Positions 12,200 through 24,404 of a stretch of 64,000 nucleotides of DNA are shown here, one piece after another. The position numbers and the translations under genes were made by a program. Below the pieces are notes generated by a model, which did no database searches, was not told where the DNA came from, and saw only the letters and a list, made by a program, of their open reading frames with translations. Each line of letters starts with the position of its first letter. Within the stretch, counting starts at the first letter, position 1. This DNA comes from Octopus vulgaris (lineage: Eukaryota): assembly GCA_951406725.2 (NCBI GenBank), contig OX597825.1, forward strand, positions 61,132,001 through 61,196,000, written 5' to 3'.

Positions 12200-12966
12200 T
12201 ACTCTTTTACTTGTTTCAGTCATTTGATTGCAGCCATGCTGGAGCACCGCCTTTAGTCGAGCAAGTCGACCCCAGGACATATTCTTTGTAAACTTAGTAC
12301 TTATTCTATCGGTCTCTTTTGCCGAACCGCTAAGTTACAGTGACGTAAACACACCAGCATCTGTTGTCAAGCGATATTTCGGAGACAAACACAGACACAC
12401 AAACATATGCACATACACATATATATACATACATATATACAAGGGGCTTCTTTCAGTTTCTGTCTACCAAATCCACTCACAAGGCTTTGGTTGGCCTGAG
12501 GCTATAGTAGAAGACACTGGCCCGAGTGCCACACAGTGGGACTGAACACGGAACCATGTGGTTGATAAACAAGCTACTTACCACACAGCCAACAATCATG
12601 TGGCCTTGTGCATCAGCTGAAAGGGCAAAATCATGGAGCTAATGGCACAGCACACAATAAGCCAATCACTATTGCTTTATATTCTTTTACTTGCTTCTAT
12701 CTTTTGAATGTGGCCATGCTGGAGCACTGCTTTTGTCGAAGAAATCGACCTCAGGACTTACTCTTTGTAAGCCTACTACTTATTCTATCAGTCTCTTTTA
12801 CCACACTGCTAAGTTATGGGGACATAAGCACACCAGCATTGGTTGTCAAGTGATGGTGGGGGACAAACACAGACTCAAACACACAAATACACACACACAT
12901 ATATATACGACGGGGTTCTTTCAATTTCCTTCTACCAAATCCAATCACAAGGCCTTGGTTGGCCTC
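12200..12966 (-). mobile_element. Two family A SINEs (12200-12590 near full; 12680-12966 5'-truncated)
   Basis: Family A body and tail sequence on the minus strand. Confidence 0.85.
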
Positions 12967-13304
12967 TAAATGGAAACTCAAAAAATTGCTGTCAATCACC
13001 TTTTATTTGAAACAATTTATTTATCTATCTATCTTTCTATCTGCCAGTCTGTTTAATTGTCTGTCTATCTACACACACATGCACACACACACTCATACTG
13101 TGTGTTTAATTGTAATTCGAATTTAATTGTAGCCATGAATCGTACATAGATTTTTTACTTATTATATATTGATTATTCATTTTTATATTTTTTGAGATCC
13201 AGTTATATGTTTTATAAAAATATATTTTATTTGTTATTTATGTTTTGGCTTATGTCTATTACTGTTTGAGTGGCATAATAGGGGTTTTAACTCTAATTTA
13301 TATT

Positions 13305-13595
13305 TTCCGTTGCCAGCCTCGCTGTCCGTTGCCAGCCGCGCCTGGCCTCCATGCTGGTGGCACGTAAAAGCACCATCCGACCGTGGGTTTCTTTCAGTTT
13401 CCCACTGCCAAATCCAATCACAAGGCCTTGGTTGGCCTCTAAATGGAAACTCTAAATGGAAAAATTGCTGTCAATCACCTTTTATTTGAAACAATCTATC
13501 TGGGTCTGATGCAGCCTTCCGGCTTCACAGACCCCAGTTGAACTGCGTCCAACCCATGCTAGCATGGAAAACGGACGCTAAATGATGATGATGAT
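13305..13595 (+). mobile_element. RTE-LINE 3' UTR/tail, interrupted by a locally templated insert
   Basis: GGTGGCACGTAAAAGCACC...GTCCAACCCATGCTAGCATGGAAAACGGACGCTAAATGATGATG is the same 3' end that follows the RTE ORF at 50968-51822. Confidence 0.8.
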
Positions 13596-13621
13596 ATATA
13601 TACATATATATATTTATATTT

Positions 13622-14033
13622 TTGTTCCTTCTCGCACCATGCCTGGCTCATGAGGACCGGTTTCTCAGTTTCCTTGGCGTATAGATTCCCCACCTGGACG
13701 GGACGTCGGTCTGTCACACGTGAGCTGCAAGATGCAGGTGGAAAGAGTGAGAGAAAGTTGTGGTGAAAGAGGGCCGGTTTCTCGGTTTCCTTGGTGTATA
13801 GGTTCCCCACCTGGACGGAACGTCGGTCTGTCACACGTGAGCTGCAAGATGCAGGTGGAAAGAGTGAGAGAAAGTTGTGGGGAAAGAGTCAACAGAAGTT
13901 CGCCATTACCTTCTGCTGGAGCCACGTGGAGCTTAGGTGTTTAAATCATAAACACACACATCGCCCGGTCTGAGATTCAAAACCACGATCCCCTGACAGT
14001 GAGTCCGTTACACTAATCACTAGGCCACGTGCC
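13622..14033 (-). mobile_element. tRNA-derived SINE (OR-like, related to family C) with an internal ~117-bp tandem duplication
   Basis: Minus-strand head GGCACGTGGCCTAGTGATTAG...GTTTTGAATCTCAGACCGGGCG. The duplicated units are 13654-13771 and 13772-13888. Confidence 0.75.
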
Positions 14034-14104
14034 TACACACACACACACATATATATAAATATTTATTTATGTATATATGTATATATTTATACATTTATTT
14101 TAAA

Positions 14105-15043
14105 TACATACACATGCACACACACACATACATGCATGCATGCATACATACATACAAACATACATACATACATACATACATACATACATACATACATACA
14201 TACATACATACATGCATACATACATACATACATACATACATACATAAAAACATACATACATACATACATACACATGCACACACACACATACATGCATGCA
14301 TGCATACATACATACATACATACATACATACATACACACATACATACATACATACATGCATGCATGCATACATACATACATACATACATACATACATACA
14401 TACATGCATACATGCATACATACACATACATACATACATACATACATACATACATACATACATGCACATGCATACATACATACATACATACATACATACA
14501 CACATACATACATACATACATACATACATACATACATACATACATACATGCGTGCATGCATGCATACATACAAACATACATACATGCATGCATGCATACA
14601 TACATACATACATACATACATACATACATAGAAACATACATACATACACATGCACACACATACATGCATACATACATACATACATACATACACATACACA
14701 CATACATGCATACATACATACATACATACATACATACATACATACATGCACACACACACATACATATACATACATACATACATACATACATACATACATA
14801 CATACATACATACATACATACATACATACATACATACATACATACATACAAACATACATGCATACATACATACATACATACATACATACACATGCACACA
14901 CATACATGCATGCATGCATGCATACATACATACAAACATACATACATGCATGCATGCATCCATACATACATACACACATACATACATACATACAAACATA
15001 CATACATACATACATACATTCATACATACACACATACATACAT
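14105..15043. repeat. ~940-bp imperfect (CATA)n microsatellite
   Basis: Continuous CATA/CATG/CACA units. This tract explains the 300-aa HTYI/MYVC ORFs in the track. Confidence 0.98.
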
Positions 15044-15637
15044 GATAGCCCATTAATTTAGTAGTAAATAAATGCCTTGACAGCAACTCCAGATTTTCTG
15101 ATTCTGGCTTATTCTAACTCTGATGTAAAGGGCAATAATACAGCTTAAATATCTACAAAAGAGAAATGCATGAGGAATGAAAACAGTTGCAAACTAGGAA
15201 GATGGTGTGAGAATAAATGGCAAGGGGTCAGTATATAATTAAGTGAGGGAGTGTTGTTGGCAGAGAATGAGGAGTGGGTTAAAGCCAGATTAAAATTTGA
15301 GCAGCTACAGGGGATATCAGTGAGAAGGTGAGGAATCTGTGAGGTAGAATTTTATGGTAGTGTAATAAATCATATGAAAGTACATCCTAGGTTGAAAAGC
15401 AGCCAAGAATCCGGTACACACACACACACACAGAGACACACACACACACAGAGACACACACACACACATATTGTATTTCAGGATGGTAATTCCGTTTTTT
15501 TGCTAAATAAACACAGGAATAAAAAAAATTTTTGATCATCCCAAAATATAACAATATCTGTTTCTACACACAATTTCACATCAGGAATCTTGTAACAAAT
15601 TCCTAAACAGACAGACAGACAGACAGACAGACATACG

Positions 15638-15705
<68 letters not shown>

Positions 15706-15750
15706 TATATATACACAAATATATATGTGTATGTATATATATATATATCA

Positions 15751-15831
<81 letters not shown>

Positions 15832-15884
15832 TAAGTAACAAGGCACTAACAGAGAATGACTTTCCCCAGACACAATAATAATAT

Positions 15885-15973
15885 TACCAGTGAATTGGAT
15901 GTTTAACACACCCCTTTGAAAGATTTCTTTTCCTCAGCTTGTTACTTCATATGTTTGTGTTTATATATATCTT

Positions 15974-15975
<2 letters not shown>
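15885..15975 (-). mobile_element. Short repeat homologous to 56440-56530 (putative Penelope pLTR)
   Basis: GGATGTTTAACACACCCCTTTGAAAG...CTTTTCCTCAG.TTGTTACTT is the reverse complement of 56470-56522. Confidence 0.65.
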
Positions 15976-16041
<66 letters not shown>

Positions 16042-16066
16042 TTCGTTAGATAGATAGATAGATAGG

Positions 16067-16115
<49 letters not shown>

Positions 16116-16286
16116 TGGCAGATAGCTAGATAGATAGATAGATAAGTTTCTTTATTGGCCACACAGGGCTGCACACAGATGGGACAAATTACAAGGTAGA
16201 GCTTTTCTTTTGTGGGATGAAATAAAAAACAAAAAAATACAATAAACAAAAGAAACAAAAAAAAGTGGCGTAGGTTTTCGATAAAA

Positions 16287-16347
16287 AATAACTGACGAGA
16301 TGCCGGAGCAGACTTCCACCCCGTCATCCGAAACTCTGAGTTTTATT
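16287..16347 (+). ncRNA. Candidate type I minimal hammerhead ribozyme motif
   Basis: AATAA-CTGACGA-GATGCCGG...CCGTCATC-C-GAAA-CTCTGAG-TT-TTATT. Helix I is AATAA/TTATT, the core is CUGACGA, helix III is the palindrome ACTC-T-GAGT, and the putative cleavage triplet is GUU. Confidence 0.55.
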
Positions 16348-16436
16348 ATGGCAACTGACAAATTGACTCATATTATATTATAGATAAATTCTTCTATTTA
16401 CATAATATCAGGGTCTCATTCATTCTTTTGTTGTCC

Positions 16437-16476
<40 letters not shown>

Positions 16477-16481
16477 ATATA

Positions 16482-16519
<38 letters not shown>

Positions 16520-16523
<4 letters not shown>

Positions 16524-16930
16524 GGTGAGTATATAGGGATCAATTTCAGAGAGCAGTACCATAACAGCTCTCAGGTATATTCCAGGTTATGGCTAACTGC
16601 ATCAAGTTGTAATAAACATCAATAATCGCTTATGAGCAAATCCACTGTAATTCTTCCGATGAGTAACTCTGGGTTCACTTCTCTGACTTCTGAATATTGC
16701 CAGAAATGTCGATTTCAAACAATTACAAAGAATACGGATACTTCATATAGTCTCAAATTTTTCTTCAATTTTATAGTTGGTCATAAATCACTTTCTTGCT
16801 GCACACAATATGTGCAGTTGTGCATGCAACCCAGCTTAATCTGTTGTTCACTTTCATTCAGGGTCTTTTAGAAGTAATTCTGAATAAGAACTAATATTTG
16901 AATCTGTTGTACCCTATCACTAACAGAGGT
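16520..16930 (+). pseudogene. Possible decayed hAT transposase fragment
   Basis: QKCRFQT (cf. CRGQxYD) at about 16700 and frameshifted QYV..CAC..QLNLL (cf. YVHCxxHxLNL) at about 16806-16847. Confidence 0.3.
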
Positions 16931-17546
16931 CAAAATTTATAGAGACTACAGTATGGGAAAATAGACCCAGCATACTTTATAAAATTTTGGGGTACAGGAA
17001 GAGTATCAAGCTGTAGGAGATATAGCAAAACAAACTGTACAAGAGAGACATGACCATCAAATCCATGACAGTTTACCCATTTGGGCAGAGCTTAACTCTG
17101 AATAAGAACTGTTACAAACTAGAGAATAGCCATTGTTTCTTTTCATGTAGGATCACCACTGTAATACTTGGGACACAATAAATGCATCTATTATACATTA
17201 TGAAGTGATTAATAATAGAAAAGACTTCCAGTCATAGAAATCATGACAAAAATTTCATATAGAAGCAGAGTATGGTATCAGTAAGCTGGTGCTGTACATG
17301 CTACCTATCTAGGAGACCAGTAACACTCACTAACAATGCAGCAAGGAAATTCTGTAATCTTCTCACCTCACTAAAGATAAAATGCACCTGTCAGTTTTAT
17401 CTGTGGCTGTATATGCAAAATGATGTGAACCGTGATGAGAGATGTGACATTTTAATCCCATGCTTGCATGGGACATAAAATCTTGACTGTGAATGATAAT
17501 CATATAAGTAAACATACATGCATGCTTGTAGCTCATTATATATATA

Positions 17547-17953
17547 TAGGCTGAGGAGTGGCTGTGTGGTAAGTAGCTTGCTTCCCAACCACATGGTTTC
17601 AGGTTCAGTCCCACTGCATGGAATCTTGGGCAAGTGTCTTCTACTATAGCCTCGGGCTGACGAAAGCCTTGTGAGTGGATTTGGTAGACGGAAACTGAAA
17701 GAAGCCTATCATATATATATATATATATATGTATGTGGGTGTGTATGTGTTTGCCCCCCCAACATCGCTTGACAACCGATGCTGGTGTGTTTACAAACCC
17801 GTAACTTAGCATTTCGGCAAAAATGACCAATAGAATAAGTACTAGGCTTACAAAGAATAAGTCCTGGGGTCGATTTGCTTGACTAAAGGCGGTGCTCCAG
17901 CATGGCCGCAGTCAAATGATTGAAGCGAGTAAAAGAGTAAAGAGTAAAAGAGT
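17547..17953 (+). mobile_element. Family A SINE, full length
   Basis: Head GAGGAGTGGCTGTGTGGTAAG and a tail of (GTAAAAGA)n. Confidence 0.9.
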
Positions 17954-17979
17954 ATTACTTGTTATGGTTATCTCAACAA

Positions 17980-18240
17980 ATTTTCCATATAAATTATAGC
18001 CAGCCCTGATTTTGTTATGATGTTTCATATCAGAGATGCTTGATATAAACAATGAGATTGAAGATGAAAATGGGTAATGGGTATTGGATGGGTGCTGATG
18101 AAGGAGCCCAAACTCCCGAAGTATGGCATATATGGCCATTATCCATTTTCCAATTTTTATCTCATTATTGTTGACATCAGGCCTCTTGGATATGAAACAT
18201 CATCACAAAATCAGTGCTGGCTTTGTTTTGTAAAGAAAAT
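17980..18240. mobile_element. Fold-back (inverted ~100-bp arms) enclosing a hammerhead-like motif; putative Penelope pLTR
   Basis: The arm GCCAGCCCTGATTTTGTTATGATGTTTCATATC pairs with GATATGAAACATCATCACAAAATCAGTGCTGGC. The spacer contains CTGATGA-A-GGAG-CCCAAA-CTCC-C-GAAG (18095-18121). Confidence 0.6.
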
Positions 18241-18283
18241 CTATAGAGAAACATATATGTACATGCATGCATATATATATATA

Positions 18284-18502
18284 TCATCATCATCATCATC
18301 ATCATCATCATTTAGCGTCTGCTTTCCATGCTAGCATGGGTTGGACGGGTCAACTGGGGTCTGTGAAGCTGGAAGGCTTCGTCAGGCCCAGTCAGATCTG
18401 GCAGTGTTTCTACGGCTGGATGCCCTTCCTAACGCCAACCACTCCGCGAGTGTAGTGGGTGTTTTTTACGTGCCACCTGCACAGGTGCCAGACAGAGCTG
18501 GC
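18284..18502 (-). mobile_element. RTE-LINE 3' tail
   Basis: (CAT)n-TTTAGCGTCTGCTTTCCATGCTAGCATGGGTTGGACG, the reverse of the RTE 3' end. Confidence 0.8.
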
Positions 18503-18595
18503 GAATTAAAAATGTAATGGCAAGTATTTATTGACCTTTTTCTTTCCTTTATATATGATATATATGTACACACATATACATACATATATATATAT

Positions 18596-18736
18596 ATACA
18601 TCTAAGAGCACTGCTAACACAGTAAGACTGTATTGACATATAAAAATGTAATATACTTTGTTGTATATTATGGTTGCATAATGAAATACGGTGGCCCATC
18701 AGGTCATTAATGTGTATATTAAGTGTTTTTTATGTA

Positions 18737-18772
<36 letters not shown>

Positions 18773-18995
18773 TGTATATGTATGTACATATTAGCTCTTT
18801 TCTTTTTTATGTTTTTAGCAATTTGAATTTAAGAGAAAAGGAGAAAAAATTCTCAGGTGATGTGTTAAAATGATGATATATTCTCCATGGTTTTATTATT
18901 AATAGTCTGTTACCAAATGAGAAATGGTCTTCCTCAAAACCTGCTTATATATATATATACACACATATACACATATATATATACACATCATATAC

Positions 18996-19027
<32 letters not shown>

Positions 19028-19398
19028 GTACACACATATACATACATATATATATATATACATCTAAGAGCACTGCTAACACAGTAAGACTGTATTGACA
19101 TATAAAAATGTAATATACTTTGTTGTATATTATGGTTGCATAATGAAATACGGTGGCCCATCAGGTCATTAATGTGTATATTAAGTGTTTTTTATGTACG
19201 TACACACACACACACATGTATGTATATGTATGTACATATTAGCTCTTTTCTTTTTTATGTTTTTAGCAATTTGAATTTAAGAGAAAAGGAGAAAAAATTC
19301 TCAGGTGATGTGTTAAAATGATGATATATTCTCCATGGTTTTATTATTAATAGTCTGTTACCAAATGAGAAATGGTCTTCCTCAAAACCTGCTTATAT
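18596..19398. repeat. Near-identical ~345-bp direct duplication of unique sequence (18596-18948 and 19058-19398)
   Basis: Both copies run CATCTAAGAGCACTGCTAACACAG...CCTCAAAACCTGCTTATAT and differ visibly only in (CA)n length. Confidence 0.92.
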
Positions 19399-19727
19399 GA
19401 TTTTAGCAGTTTTTTAGTCATCTAAAATAAGTAATATATCTTATTTTTAAGTTATATCTTCAGCAAACATTTCTAAATAAATGATGCTTTGAAAGAATAA
19501 GATGGAAACAGATATACAAGCAAGAAACTGTATACACATGCATAAATGTGTGTGTGTGTGTGCATGTGTGAACATATACATGAATTTATCTATATATGTG
19601 TGCATGTGTCTGAATGTAAACATGTATTTATATCATCATCATCATCTTTATCATTTAACATCTATTTCCACAATGGCATGGTTTGGATGGTTTGACAGGA
19701 GCTGACAAGACAGAAGACTGCATGAAG

Positions 19728-19759
<32 letters not shown>

Positions 19760-19780
19760 TTCTCTCTTTCTTTCCATACA

Positions 19781-19814
<34 letters not shown>

Positions 19815-19818
<4 letters not shown>

Positions 19819-20020
19819 ACGCGTGTGTACCGTTGGCAATTTTTTTCCTCTGTCTTCCCTTCTCTGGATCTTTCCTTCACCTATGTTTCCGACGAAGAGC
19901 TCCGCTCGAAACATTAAGCCCTTCTTCTTGCCTTCTTTCCTGAGCGTCCAATAATACTATATTTGTTCCACGTCCTCGCGTTGTTGTTTTTTTGTGCTTT
20001 CATGTTTGGATTAACCATAT
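19815..20020 (+). mobile_element. Putative Penelope pLTR with a minimal hammerhead-like motif
   Basis: GTTT-CCGACGA-A-GAGC-TCC-GCTC-GAAA-CATT-AAGC at 19885-19919. A more decayed relative (GAGTGTAGGCTCGAAACAT...CCTGAGCG) lies at 20250-20440. Confidence 0.5.
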
Positions 20021-20436
20021 ATGTATATACATACTTACATACATATATATGAACATAAATGTATGTGCGTGTATGTATATGAGTATATGTGTGTGTGCAT
20101 TAAGCTATCTTATATTTAGAACATTGAATAACAAGTAACTATGTTAAAATCTAGATTTTCAAATAATTACTTTGCTACAGATTTGCAAGGCCATACTAAA
20201 ACACCTCTGAACTCTACCTGAATAGATCATCTATATGCATATGCATGTACCTACATGCATTTTTTTCTCTCCTTGTTTCTCTCCGTGTTTCTTTTCTGTG
20301 TATCTGTCTTACAAAGAGTGTAGGCTCGAAACATAAAAGACTTGTTCTATTTCTATTCCTGAGCGCCATACAAATACATTTGTTTGTTTGTACTCCACCT
20401 GCCTTTGTCTTTTGTTTATTTTCATAAAGCTTCTCG

Positions 20437-20521
<85 letters not shown>

Positions 20522-20543
20522 TAATTTACTTATCTATGCAATG

Positions 20544-20756
20544 TGGTGAGCTAGCAGAGATGTTAGCATGCCGGTTGAAATGTTTAGCAGCATTTCGCCT
20601 GTCTTTATATTCTGGGTTCAAATTCCACTGAGATTGACCTTGCCTTTCATCCTTTCGGGGTCAATAAATTAAGTACCGGTTGCATACTGTGGTTGATCTA
20701 ATCGACTGGCTCCCTTCCCCATGATTTCTGGCCTTGTGCCTAGAGTAGAAAAGAAT
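20544..20756 (+). mobile_element. MetaSINE-like tRNA SINE (family B)
   Basis: GGTGAGCTAGCAGA...GGTTCAAATTCC...GCCTTTCATCCTTTCGGGGTCAATAAATTAAGTACC (Meta-type central domain). Confidence 0.8.
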
Positions 20757-22123
20757 TTACTTCTCTAAGCCTACAAGAATCAAATAAGAGTAAAATCAGG
20801 CAGTTTTTCTCTAGTCGCATGCACTTCCTGATGCCAACCTATACCAGTTTCCAAAAAACTGATGATACACACACACACACACACACACATGTATAAAAAA
20901 AAGCTATATGTTGTGAAATGAAGCTGGAATTGATCTTGTAATAACTTCAGCACTTAACAAACCAATGACTGCAATAAATGTCTGCAGAATGAATAAATAA
21001 TAATATATATATATATATATACATATACACACACATATATACACATACATATACACATATACATATATACATATATACATATATACAAATATACATACAT
21101 ATATATATATATAGTGTTATATGTATATCAACATCATCATCATCATCATTTAATGTCACTTATATATATTCATATGTATATAATTATATACATATCCATG
21201 TATGTGTGCGTATGTGTCTGCAAGCATGTGTGTAATTTTAGTCACACAGAACAATATTCTGAGTTTCCTGTTAGGCGGGTGACCCTGACAGCATTTGTCA
21301 GTTGTTTACAAAATTGATTAATGTCAAGAATTTATTAACAGCTGACCACCACACAAAAAACCTGTTGCAAGATAGGATTTCGAATTCTCATTCCTTTTTT
21401 ACGGCTGATCCCAGAAGTGCTTTAATAATAACACAGAGAAGTTCATAGTGGGCAGTAATATAATGAATTATTTGCCCTTTTGTTGCTGTCACCACTTGAG
21501 CAGTAATAGTTATATGTAGTGAAGTGAAAGCGCTGGAATTGGTTTTCTAATAACTGCAGCATTTAACAAACCAATGACTGCAATAACTGTCTGTTAAATG
21601 AATAAATGATAAATGATTATCTGCTGAAAATAATTAGTTGTCTGCAAAAGAAGAAAAAAATAAACAAAAAAAAAAAAAACAAAAAAAAAAAAAAAATGCA
21701 ATGATTAAATGCCTGCAAGAAATGATAAAATGATAACAAGAAAAAACAACAACAATAATTAATTTGTCTGCAACACACCCAACAAATACAAAGCGTCATC
21801 ATGGAAACAACATAACATATATGTATGTGCATGTGTATAAGTATATGGATATATGTGTGTGTGTGTGAGTGTGTGGGTGGTATGACTATATATTACATAC
21901 AAATATACAAAAATGCACATTTATATATATATGTATGATTTGTATCAATGATGAATAGTCCAGCAGCCTAGCCCAGGGTGGAAATGGAAGTAGACAGTAA
22001 GTTTTTATTTTCATCTGTTTATGCTTGTTTGTATATATGTATATATATATGTAAGTATGTATTTATGTGTGTATGTATGTATTATGTATTATGTATGCAT
22101 GTATATATATTTGTATGTATGTT

Positions 22124-22155
<32 letters not shown>

Positions 22156-22161
22156 TGTATG

Positions 22162-22192
<31 letters not shown>

Positions 22193-22219
22193 ATATACAT
22201 ACATACATATATATACATA

Positions 22220-22520
22220 TATATGAAACTGAGAATTCGTGTGTTTGTCTCTCTCTCTCTGTCTGTATGTGTGATTCACTAAAAGTCGAGAACTAGACAA
22301 CAGATTTTCTTCAAATTTTATACAGAGTCCATGCAGTGTTTTGGGCCAAAAAATTTATATCTTCTTGCCTAATGCAAGCCCAGAGCAATATCTTCTCTTG
22401 TACACTATTTCTGTATTACATACCAAAAGTGAAACAATAACATCTCTATTGTAATGTGAGATACTACTTTCACTATTATATAACCTTACTATTAATACTG
22501 AAACTATTATCTCACATATA
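22220..22520 (+). mobile_element. Possible non-autonomous Helitron-like 5' segment
   Basis: ATATGAAACTGAGAATT followed by a GTCT-rich tract and CAACAGATTTTCTTCAAATTTTATACA, resembling invertebrate non-autonomous Helitron 5' ends. No 3' hairpin or CTAG end was identified. Confidence 0.25.
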
Positions 22521-22609
22521 TACATGCATACACACACACACACACACACACACATATTATGAATATGTATATATATGTGTGTATATATAGATACATATAT
22601 ATGTATGTA

Positions 22610-23866
22610 TTGGGTTCTCCGGAAAGTTCGTGCTGATTTATAGTAGCTTATCTTTCAACTTATTTTAGAACATGGTCGAGTCCATAAAATAAGATTTGAC
22701 TACACCTCCATTTAGAGCACAGTTTAAGCTATCTTTTCGTGGAAGAAGGATTATGTTCCTATAACGTGTGTAAATTCTGTAACCCTTTAACATGGAAGAT
22801 AAGAAAGTTCATTTTTGGTACTTGATGTTTTTCTTTTTCCGTAAAGCGAAATAATGCCTCACAAGCAACCAAAGAAATATGCGCAGTATATGATGATGTT
22901 TCTTTATCCAAAATAACTGTACGGAGGTGGTTCACAAGGTTCTGAGCTGGAGATTGTAGCCTTATTGATAAAGAGTGATCAGGCAGACCATCTACTACAG
23001 ATGATAACCAAATCAAGTCATTAATTGAGAATAACCCACATTGCACACCCCGAGAAATGGCAGAAAGCCTCAGCCTATCAAAATCCGTTGTTCATGAGCA
23101 CCTGGTAAAGTTTGGGTACACAAATTACTATGATGCTTGGGTAACACATGAGTTGAGTGAGAAGAACCTTTTGGATCGAATTTTCATCTGTGATTTGCTT
23201 TATAAACGGAATGAAAAAGCACCTTTTTTAAAGTAAATTGTAACAGGTGATGAGAAATGGATTATCTACCGAAATGTTCAGAGAAAGCGATCCTGGAGTA
23301 AGCGATATGAGCCACCATTAGCCACCCCAAAAGTAGGTCTTCACCTTATAAAGGTCTTGCTTTGTGTCTGGTGGGATTGGAAAGAAATTCTGTACTATGA
23401 GCTTCTACCAAGTAACCAGACAATTAATTCTGAGAAATACTGCACACAAATGGACGAGTTAAAAGCAGCAATTCAAGAGAAATGTCCAGAATTGGCCAAC
23501 AGGAAGAGTGTTGTTTTCCAACTTGATAATGCATGACAGCGTGTTTCTTTGGGAACCAGACAAAAATTGCTGCAGCTCGGATGGTATATGTTACCCCACC
23601 CTCCATATTCACCAGATATTGCTCCTTCGGATTTCCGCTTATTCAGGTCTCTGCAGAATAGTCTTAATCGTAAAAATTTCAGTTCCTTGGATGACGTAAA
23701 AAGATACCTTGATGAATTCATTGCCATGAAACCACCTCAATTCTGGGAAAAGGATATTTTCAAGTTAAAGGAAAGATGGAGACACATTGTGCAACAACAT
23801 GGTTCGTATTTGGTTAATTAAAAATGTAATGGCAAGTATTTATTGATCTTTTTCTTTCCTTTAAAA
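22610..23866 (+). mobile_element. Mariner (mellifera-subfamily-like), right TIR missing
   Basis: TA plus left TIR TTGGGTTCTCCGGAAAGTTCGTGCTGATTT. The sequence stops at CTTTCCTTTAAAA, just before the right TIR that is present in the 28096 copy. Confidence 0.92.
22792..23821 (+). pseudogene. Mariner DD34D transposase pseudogene (full span)
   Basis: Reads MEDKKVHF..., WVTHEL, IVTGDEKWIIY, VLLCVWWDW, FQLDNA, HPPYSPDIAPSDFRLFRSL and ends QHGSYLVN*. There is a +1 frameshift near 22851 and several in-frame stops. Confidence 0.93.
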
Positions 23867-24140
23867 GTAGTACTTAATCTATCAGAGACTTTTTACCAAC
23901 CCACTAAATCGTAGGGACGTAAACAAACCAACAGTGGTTTTCAAGTGGTGGGGGACAAACACAAACTCAAGGACACACACAGAGGGATACTTACATATAC
24001 ACATATACATATATATATATGATGGGCTTCTTTCAGTTTCTACGCACAAAGCTTTGTTCAGACTGAGGCTATAGTAGAAGATACTTGCCTAATATGCCAT
24101 GCAATGGGATTGAACCTGGAACCATGTGGTTGGGAAGCAA
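23867..24140 (-). mobile_element. Family A SINE fragment abutting the truncated mariner end
   Basis: AGTACTTAATCTATCAG...GGGGACAAACAC...GAACCTGGAACCATGTGGTTGGGAAGCAA. Confidence 0.75.
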
Positions 24141-24404
24141 CACAGAATGTAGACACTTCCAAGCAAAACCACAACCTATAAATACAACACATATTTTCCA
24201 AGTCTTCACTAGTCCAGTGATTACTATTTCAGGATGAAATTATTGGTAAATGTGAAGCATTGAACCCTCTAATCACTGCAATAAATTTTACCTCTATGGA
24301 TGTATACAATTCTCTCACTCTTTTCTCTCTATATACATAATATGTGCATGAGTGTGTATAGTTATATGTGTTTATGTATGTATATATGTGTATATATGAA
24401 TAAA

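Noticed and set aside
14069-15086. 300+ aa ORFs on both strands (HTYI/MYVC repeats)
   Set aside because: These are pure (CATA)n microsatellite read-through with no stop codons in the unit. The same applies to the ORFs at 32.2-32.7, 33.9-34.5 and 48.5-49.3 kb.
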